A stretch of DNA of 64,000 nucleotides, taken from Amphiscolops sp. MND2022. Taxonomy: Eukaryota. The stretch lies in contig OZ076409.1 of NCBI GenBank assembly GCA_964187785.1, forward strand, positions 34,722,001 to 34,786,000. The letters are read 5' to 3'. This document shows, in pieces, positions 27,006 through 37,900 of the stretch. The position numbers and the translations under genes are program-made. How positions within the stretch are numbered: the first letter of the stretch is position 1; the number at the start of each line of letters is the position of its first letter. Under the pieces are notes generated by a model. That model worked only from the letters and a program-made list of their open reading frames with translations. It was not told where the DNA came from and made no database searches.

Positions 27006-28075
27006 ATTTAGAAACCACGATGTGTAATAAAAACAAAATTTAACAGAAGAAGATTAATTGAAACGACATGATAACAAACTTGGGGCAAACGGGTCGAATT
27101 ATCTGTCACCAGGTTGGGTTTCTTTGCAATCATATGTTAGAATCCATCTCTGCCGCAAAAACTAGTTCACTTGTTCAATGTAATGCTACCTGTCCTGCCG
27201 CACGAAAAACTAGGACTTTTCCCAGAAATGAATAATAGCCCGCGAATTATAGCCCGCGAATTATAGCCAGCGAATTATAGCCCGCGAATTATAGCCCGAG
27301 AATTATACGCCCGGTTTTAGCTAGTGAAAGAGCTAAATTTTGCAACCCAGCAATGAATTGGATTTGAACAAATTCAACTGACTTCTAGAATGAATGGAAA
27401 GTTTGCAAAAAGAAAGAAGTGAATGTTGAAAAACGTTTTGACTAAAATCATTCACATCGCCCTGACTCATTATAGCACTAAAAAATCTGACCACGTGGTT
27501 TCTAATATATATTAGAGTATATCTATAATACGCCCGAGGCAATTATATCCCGACCGAGGGCGGTTGCGCCCGAGGTGGGGTAATATTGCCGCGGGCGTAT
27601 AATTGATATACTCTAATGTATTTAGAAACCACGATGTTTAATTAAAACAAAATTCAACAGAAGAAGATTAATTGAAACGATTTGATAACAAACTTGGGGC
27701 AAACGGGTCGAATTCTCTGTCCCCAGGTTGGGTTTTTTTGGAATCATAGCTGTTAGAATCCATCTCTGCCGCAAAAACTGGCTCACTTGTTCAATGTAAT
27801 GCTACCTGTCCTGCCGCACGAAAAATTAGGACTTTTCCCGGGAATGAATCATAGCCCGCGAATTATAGCCCAAGAATAATACGCCCGGTTTTAGCTAGTG
27901 AAAGCTAAATTTTGCTACCCAGCAATGAATTGGTTTTGAACAAATTCAACTGACTTCTAGAATGAATGGAAAGTTTGCAAAAAGAAAGAAGTGAATGTTG
28001 AAAAACGTTTTGACTAAATTTATTCACATCGCCCTGACTCATTATAGCACTAAAAAATCTGACCACGTGGTTTCT
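26963..28075. repeat. Tandem pair of a ~590-bp element with ~57-bp inverted ends and an internal TTATAGCCCGCGAA minisatellite
   Basis: Unit 1 is 26963-27551 and unit 2 is 27577-28075 (truncated). They are separated by the GC-rich spacer GACCGAGGGCGGTTGCGCCCGAGGT. Confidence 0.85.
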
Positions 28076-28427
28076 GGGTGGGCGGAAATAGGTCGAAGGA
28101 ACGGGATCGAGAATCAGAGTTAGTCCTCAGGTCGACATACCAAAATTTTTGAATGGTATCGAAACAACTCGGATCGAAATTTTTATAACGTAGTCAGACG
28201 TATGTTCACATACCCCTAGTGCCCTGAATGCAGGAGCGAAGCGAAGCGGAGCGACGTGCCATATAGCCATGCCTCAATGTTGCTACTTGACGAGGGGAGC
28301 GAAGCGACCGAGCCATACAACAAATACGATAAAATTCGACCGCTTTCCATTCGATCCCTGCAATTCGATCAAAAGGTTCGACCTCTGTCCTTTCGACCAG
28401 AAAAATTCGACCTATTTACAGCCACCC
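28076..28427 (+). mobile_element. GGGTGG-ended MITE (intact inner copy), 9-bp TSD
   Basis: GTGGTTTCT at 28067-28075 and 28428-28436; imperfect TIRs; G(G/A)TCGAA subterminal arrays. Confidence 0.9.
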
Positions 28428-29481
28428 GTGGTTTCTAACTCTGATTTTCGATCCCGTTCCTTCGACCTATTTCCGCCCACCCAGTTTCATTAAGGAGCTT
28501 CAAAATCAAAACATTGACGAAACGCTAGTTGGTTTGCTAAATTGCGAAAACAAGCAAGTTATAAACGCGTTGGCTGGCTTTATTGCAAGCATCGATTAAT
28601 TCTTATAACCCTGCAATCCCCACTTGCCTTCCTGTGTCAATTCTGTTTATACTATTTACTTCGTTCTGAAATCAATGATAGCAAGTGATTTGTACTGCCA
28701 CATCCCGGAGGTTAATTGATCTCTTCTTCTTCTTATGAGGATAGACAGTATTGAAAAACAGAGGAATGGAATGGACTGATGTGAGTTAATAGAATTGTCG
28801 AGACAGTCCAATAGAACTGCCCAGATACCCGAGAGATGATAGTCCACTGCCAGTTGTTAGTGATTTTGTGTTCCAGGAGTCTTGATTTCCAGATGAATGG
28901 GACATTCAAATCAACCGGTACTTTTCTGAAACTCACAATTTTATCACATTACTTAGGATGCTACTAAAACAACAGTATATGTGAAGCTTAGTAAAAGTAA
29001 GTTTCTATAATGAAATTTTCAAAAGTTTCCACAAGCTTCCTCCACTTCAGTGGGTTTGTAAAATTCTTATGGAAGCCTACTCTAATTCTTGTCAGCAAAA
29101 CATCCCTCATCGAATTGTATCAACAAAATGACGTCTAAAGGCCAACCATCGGTCAAAGTTGTCTTAAGATCTCTTCTTTTTTACTGATGCCCCCTGCCTC
29201 TTGCGGACGTTTTGATCAGCAATGTCTAGCAGGAGTAAAGATATAGAGGGAGCAAAACTCGCGACTCGAATGAGTGGGTGATCTTTGTGAGGGCGAGCGT
29301 GCCTACAAGTTTGCTGCTTTGAAACTTTTGATGAGAACGTGTCAATTTCATAACTGTTGTTCGTCTGAAATCTCTTGTTTGCACTATTTACGTAATTTGT
29401 CTGTTTCATTCAGTTTTGTCTTTGATTTTTGTTTTCAGAATTAGAATTTTGTAGGAAAATGTGAGTAAGTGAAGTTTGAGT

Positions 29482-29615
29482 TTTCAGATGATTGCTGTCA
29501 CAAATTAAGCGTGTTAAAATTCAAATACGCGATCCTGATCTGAAATCAAAGTATGCTCCTTTCCTATTTTCATACATTAAATTTTTAGACGTTATCCTTG
29601 AATACGTTATTCCCG
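29482..29615 (-). repeat. Inverted partner of 22502-22635
   Basis: Reverse-complement match with a few mismatches and indels. Confidence 0.85.
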
Positions 29616-31990
29616 AAACATTTTTAGACATTATTCGGGCCTCTAAATCTGACTGTCCATGCTCTGGTGCCCTAAATGCAGGTTTTCTCGTGCACCGGAG
29701 GCACTGCATCTTCCGCTCATATGTATGAACTATATCCACAAAAGCCTCAACTTTGCTCTCCCTCGACGTAACGCGGTAAACATTTTTTTGACATTCGGTA
29801 AACCTGTGCGATGCAGTAAGTAATTGCTATCCTCGTGTTTTTAATGATCAGGGGACCGTTCAGTGGCACGACAGGAACGGTGCAGCTTCAGGGATGTGCA
29901 ATTTTTAATTGCAAGGATTTGAATATCGCCAATAAATATTGCGAAAAAACGTTCCCACCAATAAACAATTGCAATATTTGAAAGAAAAACAACGAAGAAA
30001 AATCAATTAATTTCAAACAACAAATCACTCGACAAAAGCATTCACGACACAGTCTCGATTGTCCACAGTTTATTATTGGCTTTGAGGAAAAGCCGCTGCT
30101 CAAGATGTTCGAGTGTCAGTCTGTGTCGCAGATTGGACTATGCCAAACCAGCTGTGCTGGAAAATCTTGGCTGTCGGCAACAAAAATTCTAAATCATGGT
30201 ACTCTGATGCAATCGTGATCCTTGCTTTCTTAAGAATAACTGAGGCAAAGTCATCATTCTCTGTTTTTGATGACCTTCAATCTTTTTAAGTCTCGCAGAG
30301 GCAATTTTTTGGTGCCAAGTCATTTTCGCAGCGCTACAGTATTCTCACTACCCGAGTATCGAAATGCTTACTTCTGACTATACGAGCATTCGAGCTATTG
30401 TTTTCTTAGTCAATACTTGAAGTTCCTTCGACCAATATCTGTCTTTTCAATATGGTGGGTGCACCTAGGTGGTCCAAATTTTAATTTTTTCCTACTAACT
30501 GGATCATTAAATTCTACAAACTGGACATCCTTCACACCTGATCCTTAGAGGTCCACCGCCGAAGATCTGAAGGGAAAAGATCTGAAAACTGAAATATGGG
30601 GCATATCCGGTGTATGCACGCTCGCCCCATTAACAGCGCCGTTGTCCTTTTCCGTCCGCGTCCTTTTGAAAAAATTTCAGACAAACTTCAATAATGCGTT
30701 TGATCATCTAAAAAATTGGTAATAATTGGAAAATTAGAAATCGATAATTTGGGGAAGGAGTTAATTAGCAATCAATAATTGTTAGCCTATTATAGCAATG
30801 ATTGTTTTTCCAATTATTGATTGAACAACCGTGTGCAGCTCGCATCACATCCTAGACCGAACCCCTCCATAAGATACTTCTTAGTTCTTTCTTGGCCCAA
30901 TGCCACTTTCTTGAGGCTGAGTACTGAGTATATCGGTGTTCACAATCCCGATCAGATTGAATTGAAAAGAGTAAAAAACATAAAGGATGGACATCGAAGA
31001 ACACTTTACTCACGAGTTTTTAGAGCGAGATTCTCATAGCGCCAAATTCATCAATTATAAATTTTAAAGCAGAAATCTATTTATTATTTCTGCGATAGCA
31101 GGAATATTATTGAAATCTCAAGATGCTACTTTTTTTCAGTACAAGTTTTCGCACGATACTGAATAATTCAGATATTTGTTCGGCAGTGACTGTAAGCGTG
31201 AGAATTAAATTTCTCAAGCTGCCGACGACCTTTCAATACTCGTGCGATGGAACGAGCGAGTGGTAATTATGCATTCGTACGCTGACGTTATTGAGATGAA
31301 GCGAATGAGTGATAATCATTCGTTCGTTGAGAGCTTCGCCTGCATTCAAATGCGAATGCGAAACTTCGTCTACGCTTAGTAGTTATACATATTTTCTTTA
31401 GTCCGAGAAGAATTAAAGCCCGTGTAAACTTGTACAGTGATTAATTGTGCGCTAAATAATGATTAAACAGGAGTGTATTGGTATTCCAGATATGATTCTA
31501 TTATAAATGAAAGATTAAAGCAGAAATAGTACTGAGCCCCGGAGGGGCTTATTTTCACAAATTTTCTTAATGCTTCTGCGTTTCAAACTGGTTGTGGTTT
31601 TATACGCTCCTTGGCGATTTGATAACTTTTCCTACAACCACCATGAAGTTTCTCTCTGTGAATGAATAATTACTAGCTTCTTTAGATGCATTAACCAACT
31701 GCTTGACTGAAAAGTATACAATTTTTTCACAATTATCAAAGTTTCTAGTTTAACTCGTGTTCAATTGGATTTTGAAAAGTATGAATAATTTAAAACTTTT
31801 CCTGAGTTGATAGTTATTGAAGACACTGAATAAGATTTCATTAGAGGCACTTTGGAGATATGCGATCATTTGTCAAGATATTTGTCCGTTCGGATTCCGT
31901 CAAAAGTCCGGCCGGATACCGGTGCACCCCTACGAATAATAATAAATACGAATTAATCAGATATTGAGAAACAAATTGATTAAAAATGTG

Positions 31991-32030
31991 TTAAGAAGCT
32001 TTTCGATCATTTGATCATCATCAGTTATCT
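31991..32030 (-). ncRNA. Minimal hammerhead ribozyme motif in the 3' pseudo-LTR
   Basis: Minus strand reads TAA-CTGATGA-T-GATCA-AA-TGATC-GAAA-AGCTT-C-TTA: catalytic boxes, stem II and a palindromic stem III (AAGCTT). Confidence 0.75.
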
Positions 32031-32150
32031 AAAAAATGTACGAATGTTTACAAAGGCTAAAATAGCAACGAATTCATAAAATAGCGAAAGAGATAGATAC
32101 TATCATACATAAATAAACACCATAGTGTGGATGGGGGGCGTCTGCGGATC

Positions 32151-34586
32151 TTAGAATGCATACTGCAGTGTGTGAGACTTGAACTCATCCTTGGTATTCA
32201 GTATCGGCTTTTTTTTAATGTAAACTGCCTCTAATGATAACAGCGTTGTGGGGTCCTGGTGGGAATCGAGAATAACGGCATCGTCTTCCGTAAGAGTCTG
32301 TTTGCAAGATTGGAAATGGAGATTCACTGGTGCATTCGTCATACCATGCTCCTTTAGTCGCGTGGAAAGATGTCGGACAGTCTGCCCGATGTAGGTACCA
32401 GCACACGCTGGACACTGAATTTGATAAATGACACGACTCTTGAAGGAAGGTGATATCTGTGTCTTAAGATGACAGATCTTGCTTCTCATCTTTATTGACA
32501 CGAAGTAGAATAGTGAACCTGGCAAAAGCTTATCTAGCTTTTGTTTAAAATCTTCACTCACTTTACCTCTATATTCAATTGGCATCATCGTGCACAAGGC
32601 TGGCTTACTAGTTTTGGTGGGTGACGTTTTTATGTTGTTTCTCCTTACTGCGTTGTTGGCTGTGATAATCTCAAGCGTTAAATTTGTTATGCGTTCAATG
32701 AAATGTTGCGGATATTGGTTATTTCTCAAAATTTGGTGGGCTTCACTAAGTGACTCACTGAAACGCGTCCATGTGCTAGTGGTCATCATAATACGGTGCA
32801 CCATACCGGCAACAAGCGATCGTTTGTAAAGGTTGGGGCTTAGGGAGTGGAAATTAAGTAACACCGCCGTATCTGTTTCTTTCCTGTACCACTGAGCTGC
32901 CAAACGACCATCGTCGTCCCGACGTATTTGCATGTCTAAAAACACAATTCCATTATTGTTATCAGGTCTTTCTAGTGTGAATTTCAGGTTTTCGTGCATT
33001 GTGTTAGCCAAATCCAATAAGTACTTTTCTCCGCCCCTCCTCAAAGTTCGGATCACATCGTCGACATACCGAAAATAGAATTTGCTAAAGGAAGCAAGTT
33101 CAGAGTCGTACCTGGATACAAATATATTGGCTAAGAGGGGTCCCACCGAGCTACCCATTGCAACTCCATCTACCTGTCGGTAGTAACCTCGGTGTGTCAG
33201 CATGATGACATCTTTTGAGACCATTTCAAGAAGTTCTTTGAAAGTTTCCCTGTTTATCCCAGGTGGTGAATGAGGTGTTGAATAGAGAAGGTCCACGGTG
33301 TAGTCAATGCTCTCTTGTAGAGGCACATTTGTGAATAGGCTAACAATATCAAGGCTTACAACTACTCCATCATCGTCAAGGATCGTAGATTGAACTGTTT
33401 GCAGTACATCATTCTTGTCGGTTCTAATGCCTGCCTCAGGTAGTTTCTTGATAATGTCGGCTAGTACTTTTGACAGCTTCTCGTATTGAGAACCGGGCAT
33501 TGAAAGTATTGGCCGTACAGGCACATCCTTCTTATGTACTTTCGCAAGGCCATATAATCTCGCCGGTTGTGAACCCACAGGGCGAACTTGTTGATAAAAA
33601 TCTTCAGAGATGAAACCGGATTTCTTCAAATCCAGTAGGCGTTTACAGAATTTCGCCTCCTCTTTTATAGGAAGCTTAGGAGACGACTCCATGGGCTTGA
33701 ACTGAGGTCCGTCCAATATCTTGTCTAACTTTCTGTTGTAACTTTCGTTCTTCATCAGACAAAAACCAGTTCCCTTATCATATGGTACAGCTAGAATACC
33801 ATTGGTTTTCAACCATTTAGCGGTTTTTTCCACGGCCCGAGGTGGCTTTTGACCGTTACAATGGTTTGAATAGCTTAGCGCAAGGGCATTAAGTCTGTTT
33901 GTTACATCGACAGGGACGTCGTGTTTTTGGCAATCAGTCAAGAGGTTGTCTAAGCGTGCCAAAAAATGCTCGTCCCTAAACTGTGTCAAGATTGGGTGTC
34001 TGGGGCCATATCGTAAACACGCTTTCACCGTCTCAGGAACCTCGATATCATCCAAAACGGTGAGAAATCCTTTGGTGTTCAATAATGGCGTGTCCTGTAA
34101 GGCACTCAAATTTTCCAATTTGCGTTTGTGTTTGACTTTAGTGGCATGAACTTTCTCCTTTGTGGATGAGGAGACATGAAACCAAACAGAGGGAATAAGT
34201 TTTTCAGCTATAGCATTCTTCAACTTTGCCCGGGCTTCATCGAGAGATTTGTCCAGAGACTGGAGATCATCCTTGCATTTCCGTATCTCTTTTTTCAACA
34301 AGTTTCTCTGAAAACCTTTAACACTTGCATCGTTAAAGCACCCATTTTTAGGCACACGAAAGTTGAGAAATTTTGGCACAATCCTGTTATCAAGGCAGCT
34401 GTTCAAAAATTCCAATCGTTGAATGTTTGTCTGCTTCTTTTCATATTTTCTTTGAAAGACATAAAATATTTTCTTCGCATCTTGTCTTTCAAGTTCCCAT
34501 AACAGGAGACGATAGGGTAAGACACATCCAGTTGTAAAATTGAGAAACAAATTGATTAAAAATGTGTTAAGAAGCTTTTCGATCAT
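32151..34586 (-). CDS. Penelope-like reverse transcriptase plus GIY-YIG endonuclease, 811 aa, uninterrupted
   Basis: Motifs PYDKGTG, LYGLAKVHK..VPVRPI, VSLDIVSLFTNVP, GVAMGSSVGP, YFRYVDD, IVFLDM, WYRKET, and VIYQIQCPAC..YIGQT.RHLSTRLKEH. Confidence 0.96.
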   Translation of the reverse strand: MIEKLLNTFLINLFLNFTTGCVLPYRLLLWELERQDAKKIFYVFQRKYEKKQTNIQRLEFLNSCLDNRIVPKFLNFRVPKNGCFNDASVKGFQRNLLKKEIRKCKDDLQSLDKSLDEARAKLKNAIAEKLIPSVWFHVSSSTKEKVHATKVKHKRKLENLSALQDTPLLNTKGFLTVLDDIEVPETVKACLRYGPRHPILTQFRDEHFLARLDNLLTDCQKHDVPVDVTNRLNALALSYSNHCNGQKPPRAVEKTAKWLKTNGILAVPYDKGTGFCLMKNESYNRKLDKILDGPQFKPMESSPKLPIKEEAKFCKRLLDLKKSGFISEDFYQQVRPVGSQPARLYGLAKVHKKDVPVRPILSMPGSQYEKLSKVLADIIKKLPEAGIRTDKNDVLQTVQSTILDDDGVVVSLDIVSLFTNVPLQESIDYTVDLLYSTPHSPPGINRETFKELLEMVSKDVIMLTHRGYYRQVDGVAMGSSVGPLLANIFVSRYDSELASFSKFYFRYVDDVIRTLRRGGEKYLLDLANTMHENLKFTLERPDNNNGIVFLDMQIRRDDDGRLAAQWYRKETDTAVLLNFHSLSPNLYKRSLVAGMVHRIMMTTSTWTRFSESLSEAHQILRNNQYPQHFIERITNLTLEIITANNAVRRNNIKTSPTKTSKPALCTMMPIEYRGKVSEDFKQKLDKLLPGSLFYFVSIKMRSKICHLKTQISPSFKSRVIYQIQCPACAGTYIGQTVRHLSTRLKEHGMTNAPVNLHFQSCKQTLTEDDAVILDSHQDPTTLLSLEAVYIKKKPILNTKDEFKSHTLQYAF

Positions 34587-34606
34587 TTGATCATCATCAG
34601 TTATCT
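34567..34606 (-). ncRNA. Minimal hammerhead ribozyme motif in the 5' pseudo-LTR
   Basis: Identical copy of 31991-32030. Confidence 0.75.
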
Positions 34607-34770
34607 AAAAAATGTACGAATGTTTACAAAGGCTAAAATAGCAACGAATTCATAAAATGGCGAAAGAGATAGATACTATCATACATAAATAAACACCATA
34701 ATTAATCAGATATTACTTCACGAATTAAACGAAGATCCGAATACGACTCAACTTGAGCTGACTGTTTTAG

Positions 34771-34927
34771 TCTCATAGTCGAGAATGGACTCCTGGGTGA
34801 TGAGCTCATCGACATGGTAGGCGGCAAAGATCGGAACAGAACTTGAGAGCTACTTTAGCAGTTTTTCTTTTCTGATAAAGTTCCCAATGATATAGCCTCG
34901 ACGCTTACTTTTGGGGCTTAGTGTTTC

Positions 34928-34966
<39 letters not shown>

Positions 34967-37900
34967 GGACGATTAGAGACTCTATGTTCAAGCCTTCGAA
35001 AAATTAGAGACGCTATGTCAAACTTTTTGCTTGAGTCCCAAATTTGACCAAGAAAAGCTTTCTTCTTGCAGAACTATCTCTTCTATTAATTTGGGGCAGC
35101 TATTGGCACCACTTGGGGGTCCCTTATGCTAAGCTAGAACTTTCAAATACCAAAATTTTAGTTTCTGGCACCCTCTGAATTTTCAGTTGAATTTTTCGAT
35201 TTGATGGAGACTCTATGTATTTTTTTTTCAAATCATGGAGCCTCCATGCTTGTTTTCTAAACTTTGTTCTTTCAAGGGTCCCTTTGGCATGGCCAAACAT
35301 TAGGAAAAGATAGGGCAGGTCGTGCGAAATGAATGCCGTAAGTTCTCTAGTTACTGAGATATTGTGAATTTTTGATCTAATTATCAGAAAAATTAGAGAT
35401 CTTATGTACACTATCAGAGACTCTCTGTACACATTGAAAAATGGGGAAAACGGGGAAAACTCAAATTTTGCTTTCAAACGAACGAGCCTGAGGCAATAAA
35501 TACAAGCCAAGTACAAGCCAAAATATCAAATCAATGATAACAAACGTGTTTGAGAGGAGTTTAAAAGTTTGTTTTACAAGTTCAGCTTCATACACAACTT
35601 GTGGTATTTCTTGTAGAGTTTTTCAAGGACTGCTTCCTGCTCTCTGCAAGTAATTCTGAGTGGCTTCATCAACTCCCTCATTTCGTTTTTCGTAAGTCTG
35701 TGCCGCTCCTTTGAGATGATTGCAATGACGCGCTTCATAGTGGGCCTAAGGGGGTCTTCAGCACCGCGAAAGTTCTGAAGCTGTTTTATCATCTCTGCCC
35801 AACGTTCACATTCGCTGAGGTTTCTCCCAATCTGTAACTTGTTTCTTCGACTTCTCGGGGTCCCAAGGCTCGCTACTGACATGGTAGTCCCCATTGAGGA
35901 AGCAATGGACTCAGTATCTGACATAGGGTCCTCTCTTTCAGCCGATGTTGTGTGAGTGCCCAACGTAACTGAATCGGCAGTGGTGTCATCACCTGCTGTT
36001 TCTTCTTCTTGTTCTGATTGGGAAGCTTCATCGACTTGGTTTGTGCTACTGGAAGTTGTTTTGGGGGCACTGGTACTGGGCTCATCCGTGCATCTGCTTG
36101 GGTCGACTTCTGCTTCGACAGAATCTGCTGAAAATGAAGTGTACATCGCGTCTCTGATGATCTCCCTTTGTCTCTTCAAAACAGCTCTTATTGCTGAATC
36201 CTCCAAAGGCGCAACGTAATGACGGTCCGCAGTTGCTTCGCTGTGACCCGTGTTGGACCTAAAGGCCCGCTGCAACTCTTCTGGAATCTTGCTGGCATTG
36301 TCCCGAATGTGGGTCTCCCAAACTTTTCGAATTATGTTTGGTCCAACTTTGAATTTCGGCGTTTCAAAGTGCTTGCTGAGTGCTGAATTGAAATTAGCAC
36401 TGGCGGTCGTCATTTCCCTTCCCTGTTTTGTTGGGGAACAGCAGCTTGGGTTTCCTCAACCCAGTCTCCTTTGTAAACAATTCGTGACATTTCGAGATTA
36501 ATGCATTGGTCTCCTCTGTCTTCTCAAAGAAATTCTCGTAGACGTGCCCTGTTTTGTGCTCATGGGACCGTATGATTGCTCCAACCTCCACTTTGTCATA
36601 GTCCTCGGTTGTTGTCTTTAGGACGGTGCCCAATCTGCAATTGTTGTCAATTAATACCAGAAAAATTGACAGGGACGCGAGGTCCAGGTATGTGAAATCA
36701 TTGGAGACGCCATGTACAAGTCGTTTTCTGATCGTTTCTGCCAGTTTCGCAAGTTCCTCCATGCTGGGCAGTCCTTCGAACCTGCTCTTCTGACGGGCTT
36801 TGGACTCTTTCCGGCCGGCAACCTTGTTACGCTCCTCATATGCTGAAATTTCTTCGAAAATTGTGCTGTAGCTGACCTTGTGTGACCGGGTTTTATGTCG
36901 ACGCATCCACTTTACGAACATTTTCAGTGTAGGCAGCAGCTTTTGCATCGAACTATGGGTATAATTGTTTGATTCGCGGTAAGTACGAATGATTCCTCCC
37001 GGGTCCTTGAGGTTTTTCAGTTGGTTGGTATCTTGGAACACTTTTTTTACGAACCGTCTATGAAATTGCCTGATTTCTGTTCCCCGAGTACTTACATAAT
37101 ACTCATCAAATTCTTCCAAAATTTGGGAACTTTTGAACCCTAGGGAGGTAGTTTCTGAGAGCATGGTCAGTTCTGGTGGGAATTCCGCAGGCGATTGCTT
37201 GTTTTTGACCGTTAGAATGATATGTCCAGGAAATTTTTGTAGGTGCCTCCTTTTGTTAGTAAGTCGGAGAGGACAATTAACACATTGAAACACCGTGATT
37301 CGAGCGTTCTGGGTTCGGTAAAAGGACATGAGGAATTTTCTGTGGACATCTTCTAACTCCGGATGCATTTTATCTAGGTGTTGACCGATTTTTTTGACCT
37401 TTGTTTGGCAAATCGTGCAAACTCGGAAATCGAATTTGCTGCCCTGGGTAACCTTCTTGTTAGGTTTTCTCCCCTTTTTCGGAGTCGTTCGAGGTCCATT
37501 GCTTGGTCCTGGGGTAGGCTCAGTTTGCGTTGTGTCCATTGGGGACTCATTTGACAGGAGAGACAGGTCCAAATTAAGTTCTGGCGGGAAACTTGTTTCA
37601 TTTTGTTGCATATTTTGGATTTCTTGGTCTAACATTTGCTGAGTCTGTTCTCCAAGTTGATCCATTGCATCGATTGTTGAAGCGTCCAAACCTGTTGGTA
37701 TTTGATTGGAGGAACTCATTTTGACTTTTGGAGTCCTTTGTTTCGCTTTAGTAGTGGTTAAGTCGAATTTTGAATGAGGATGACTAACAACCGACTGATT
37801 CGTACACAGCGACTCCGAAAGTGATTGTGACCAATGATTTAATAAGGTTAAAAAATGTTTCTTGAATGAAAGGACTCAGAAATGTGAATGGACAACAAAT

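Larger units (their letters stand above)
26844..28482 (-). mobile_element. GGGTGG-ended MITE (outer copy) carrying nested insertions
   Basis: Ends GGGTGGCTGTAAATAGGTCGAA ... TTCGACCTATTTCCGCCCACCC. TSD AGATTCATT/AGTTTCATT (8/9 match). Confidence 0.85.
23000..28600 (+). mobile_element. Decayed LINE, copy 2, including the ORF2 C-terminus beyond the nested insertions
   Basis: Same motifs as copy 1. Removing 26844-28491 gives a continuous frame YQENRKRFIKELQNQNIDETLVGLLNCENKQVINALAGFIASID*. Confidence 0.92.
31966..34700 (-). mobile_element. Penelope-like element (EN+) with two pseudo-LTRs and a target-site duplication
   Basis: Direct repeats at 31963-32124 and 34539-34700. (A)ATTAATCAGATATT is duplicated at 31951-31965 and 34700-34714. 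Single RT + GIY-YIG ORF. Confidence 0.96.

Noticed and set aside
27233..27310. Short direct repeats as a CRISPR array
   Set aside because: Contiguous 14-bp minisatellite without spacers, in a eukaryotic context with no cas genes.
30457..31929. GGGTGCACC/GGTGCACCC as TIRs of one element
   Set aside because: Only 9 bp match and no TSD.
34927..34972. CTGATGA...GAGGAC as a hammerhead core
   Set aside because: Produced by the microsatellite edge; there is no stem II/GAAA arrangement.
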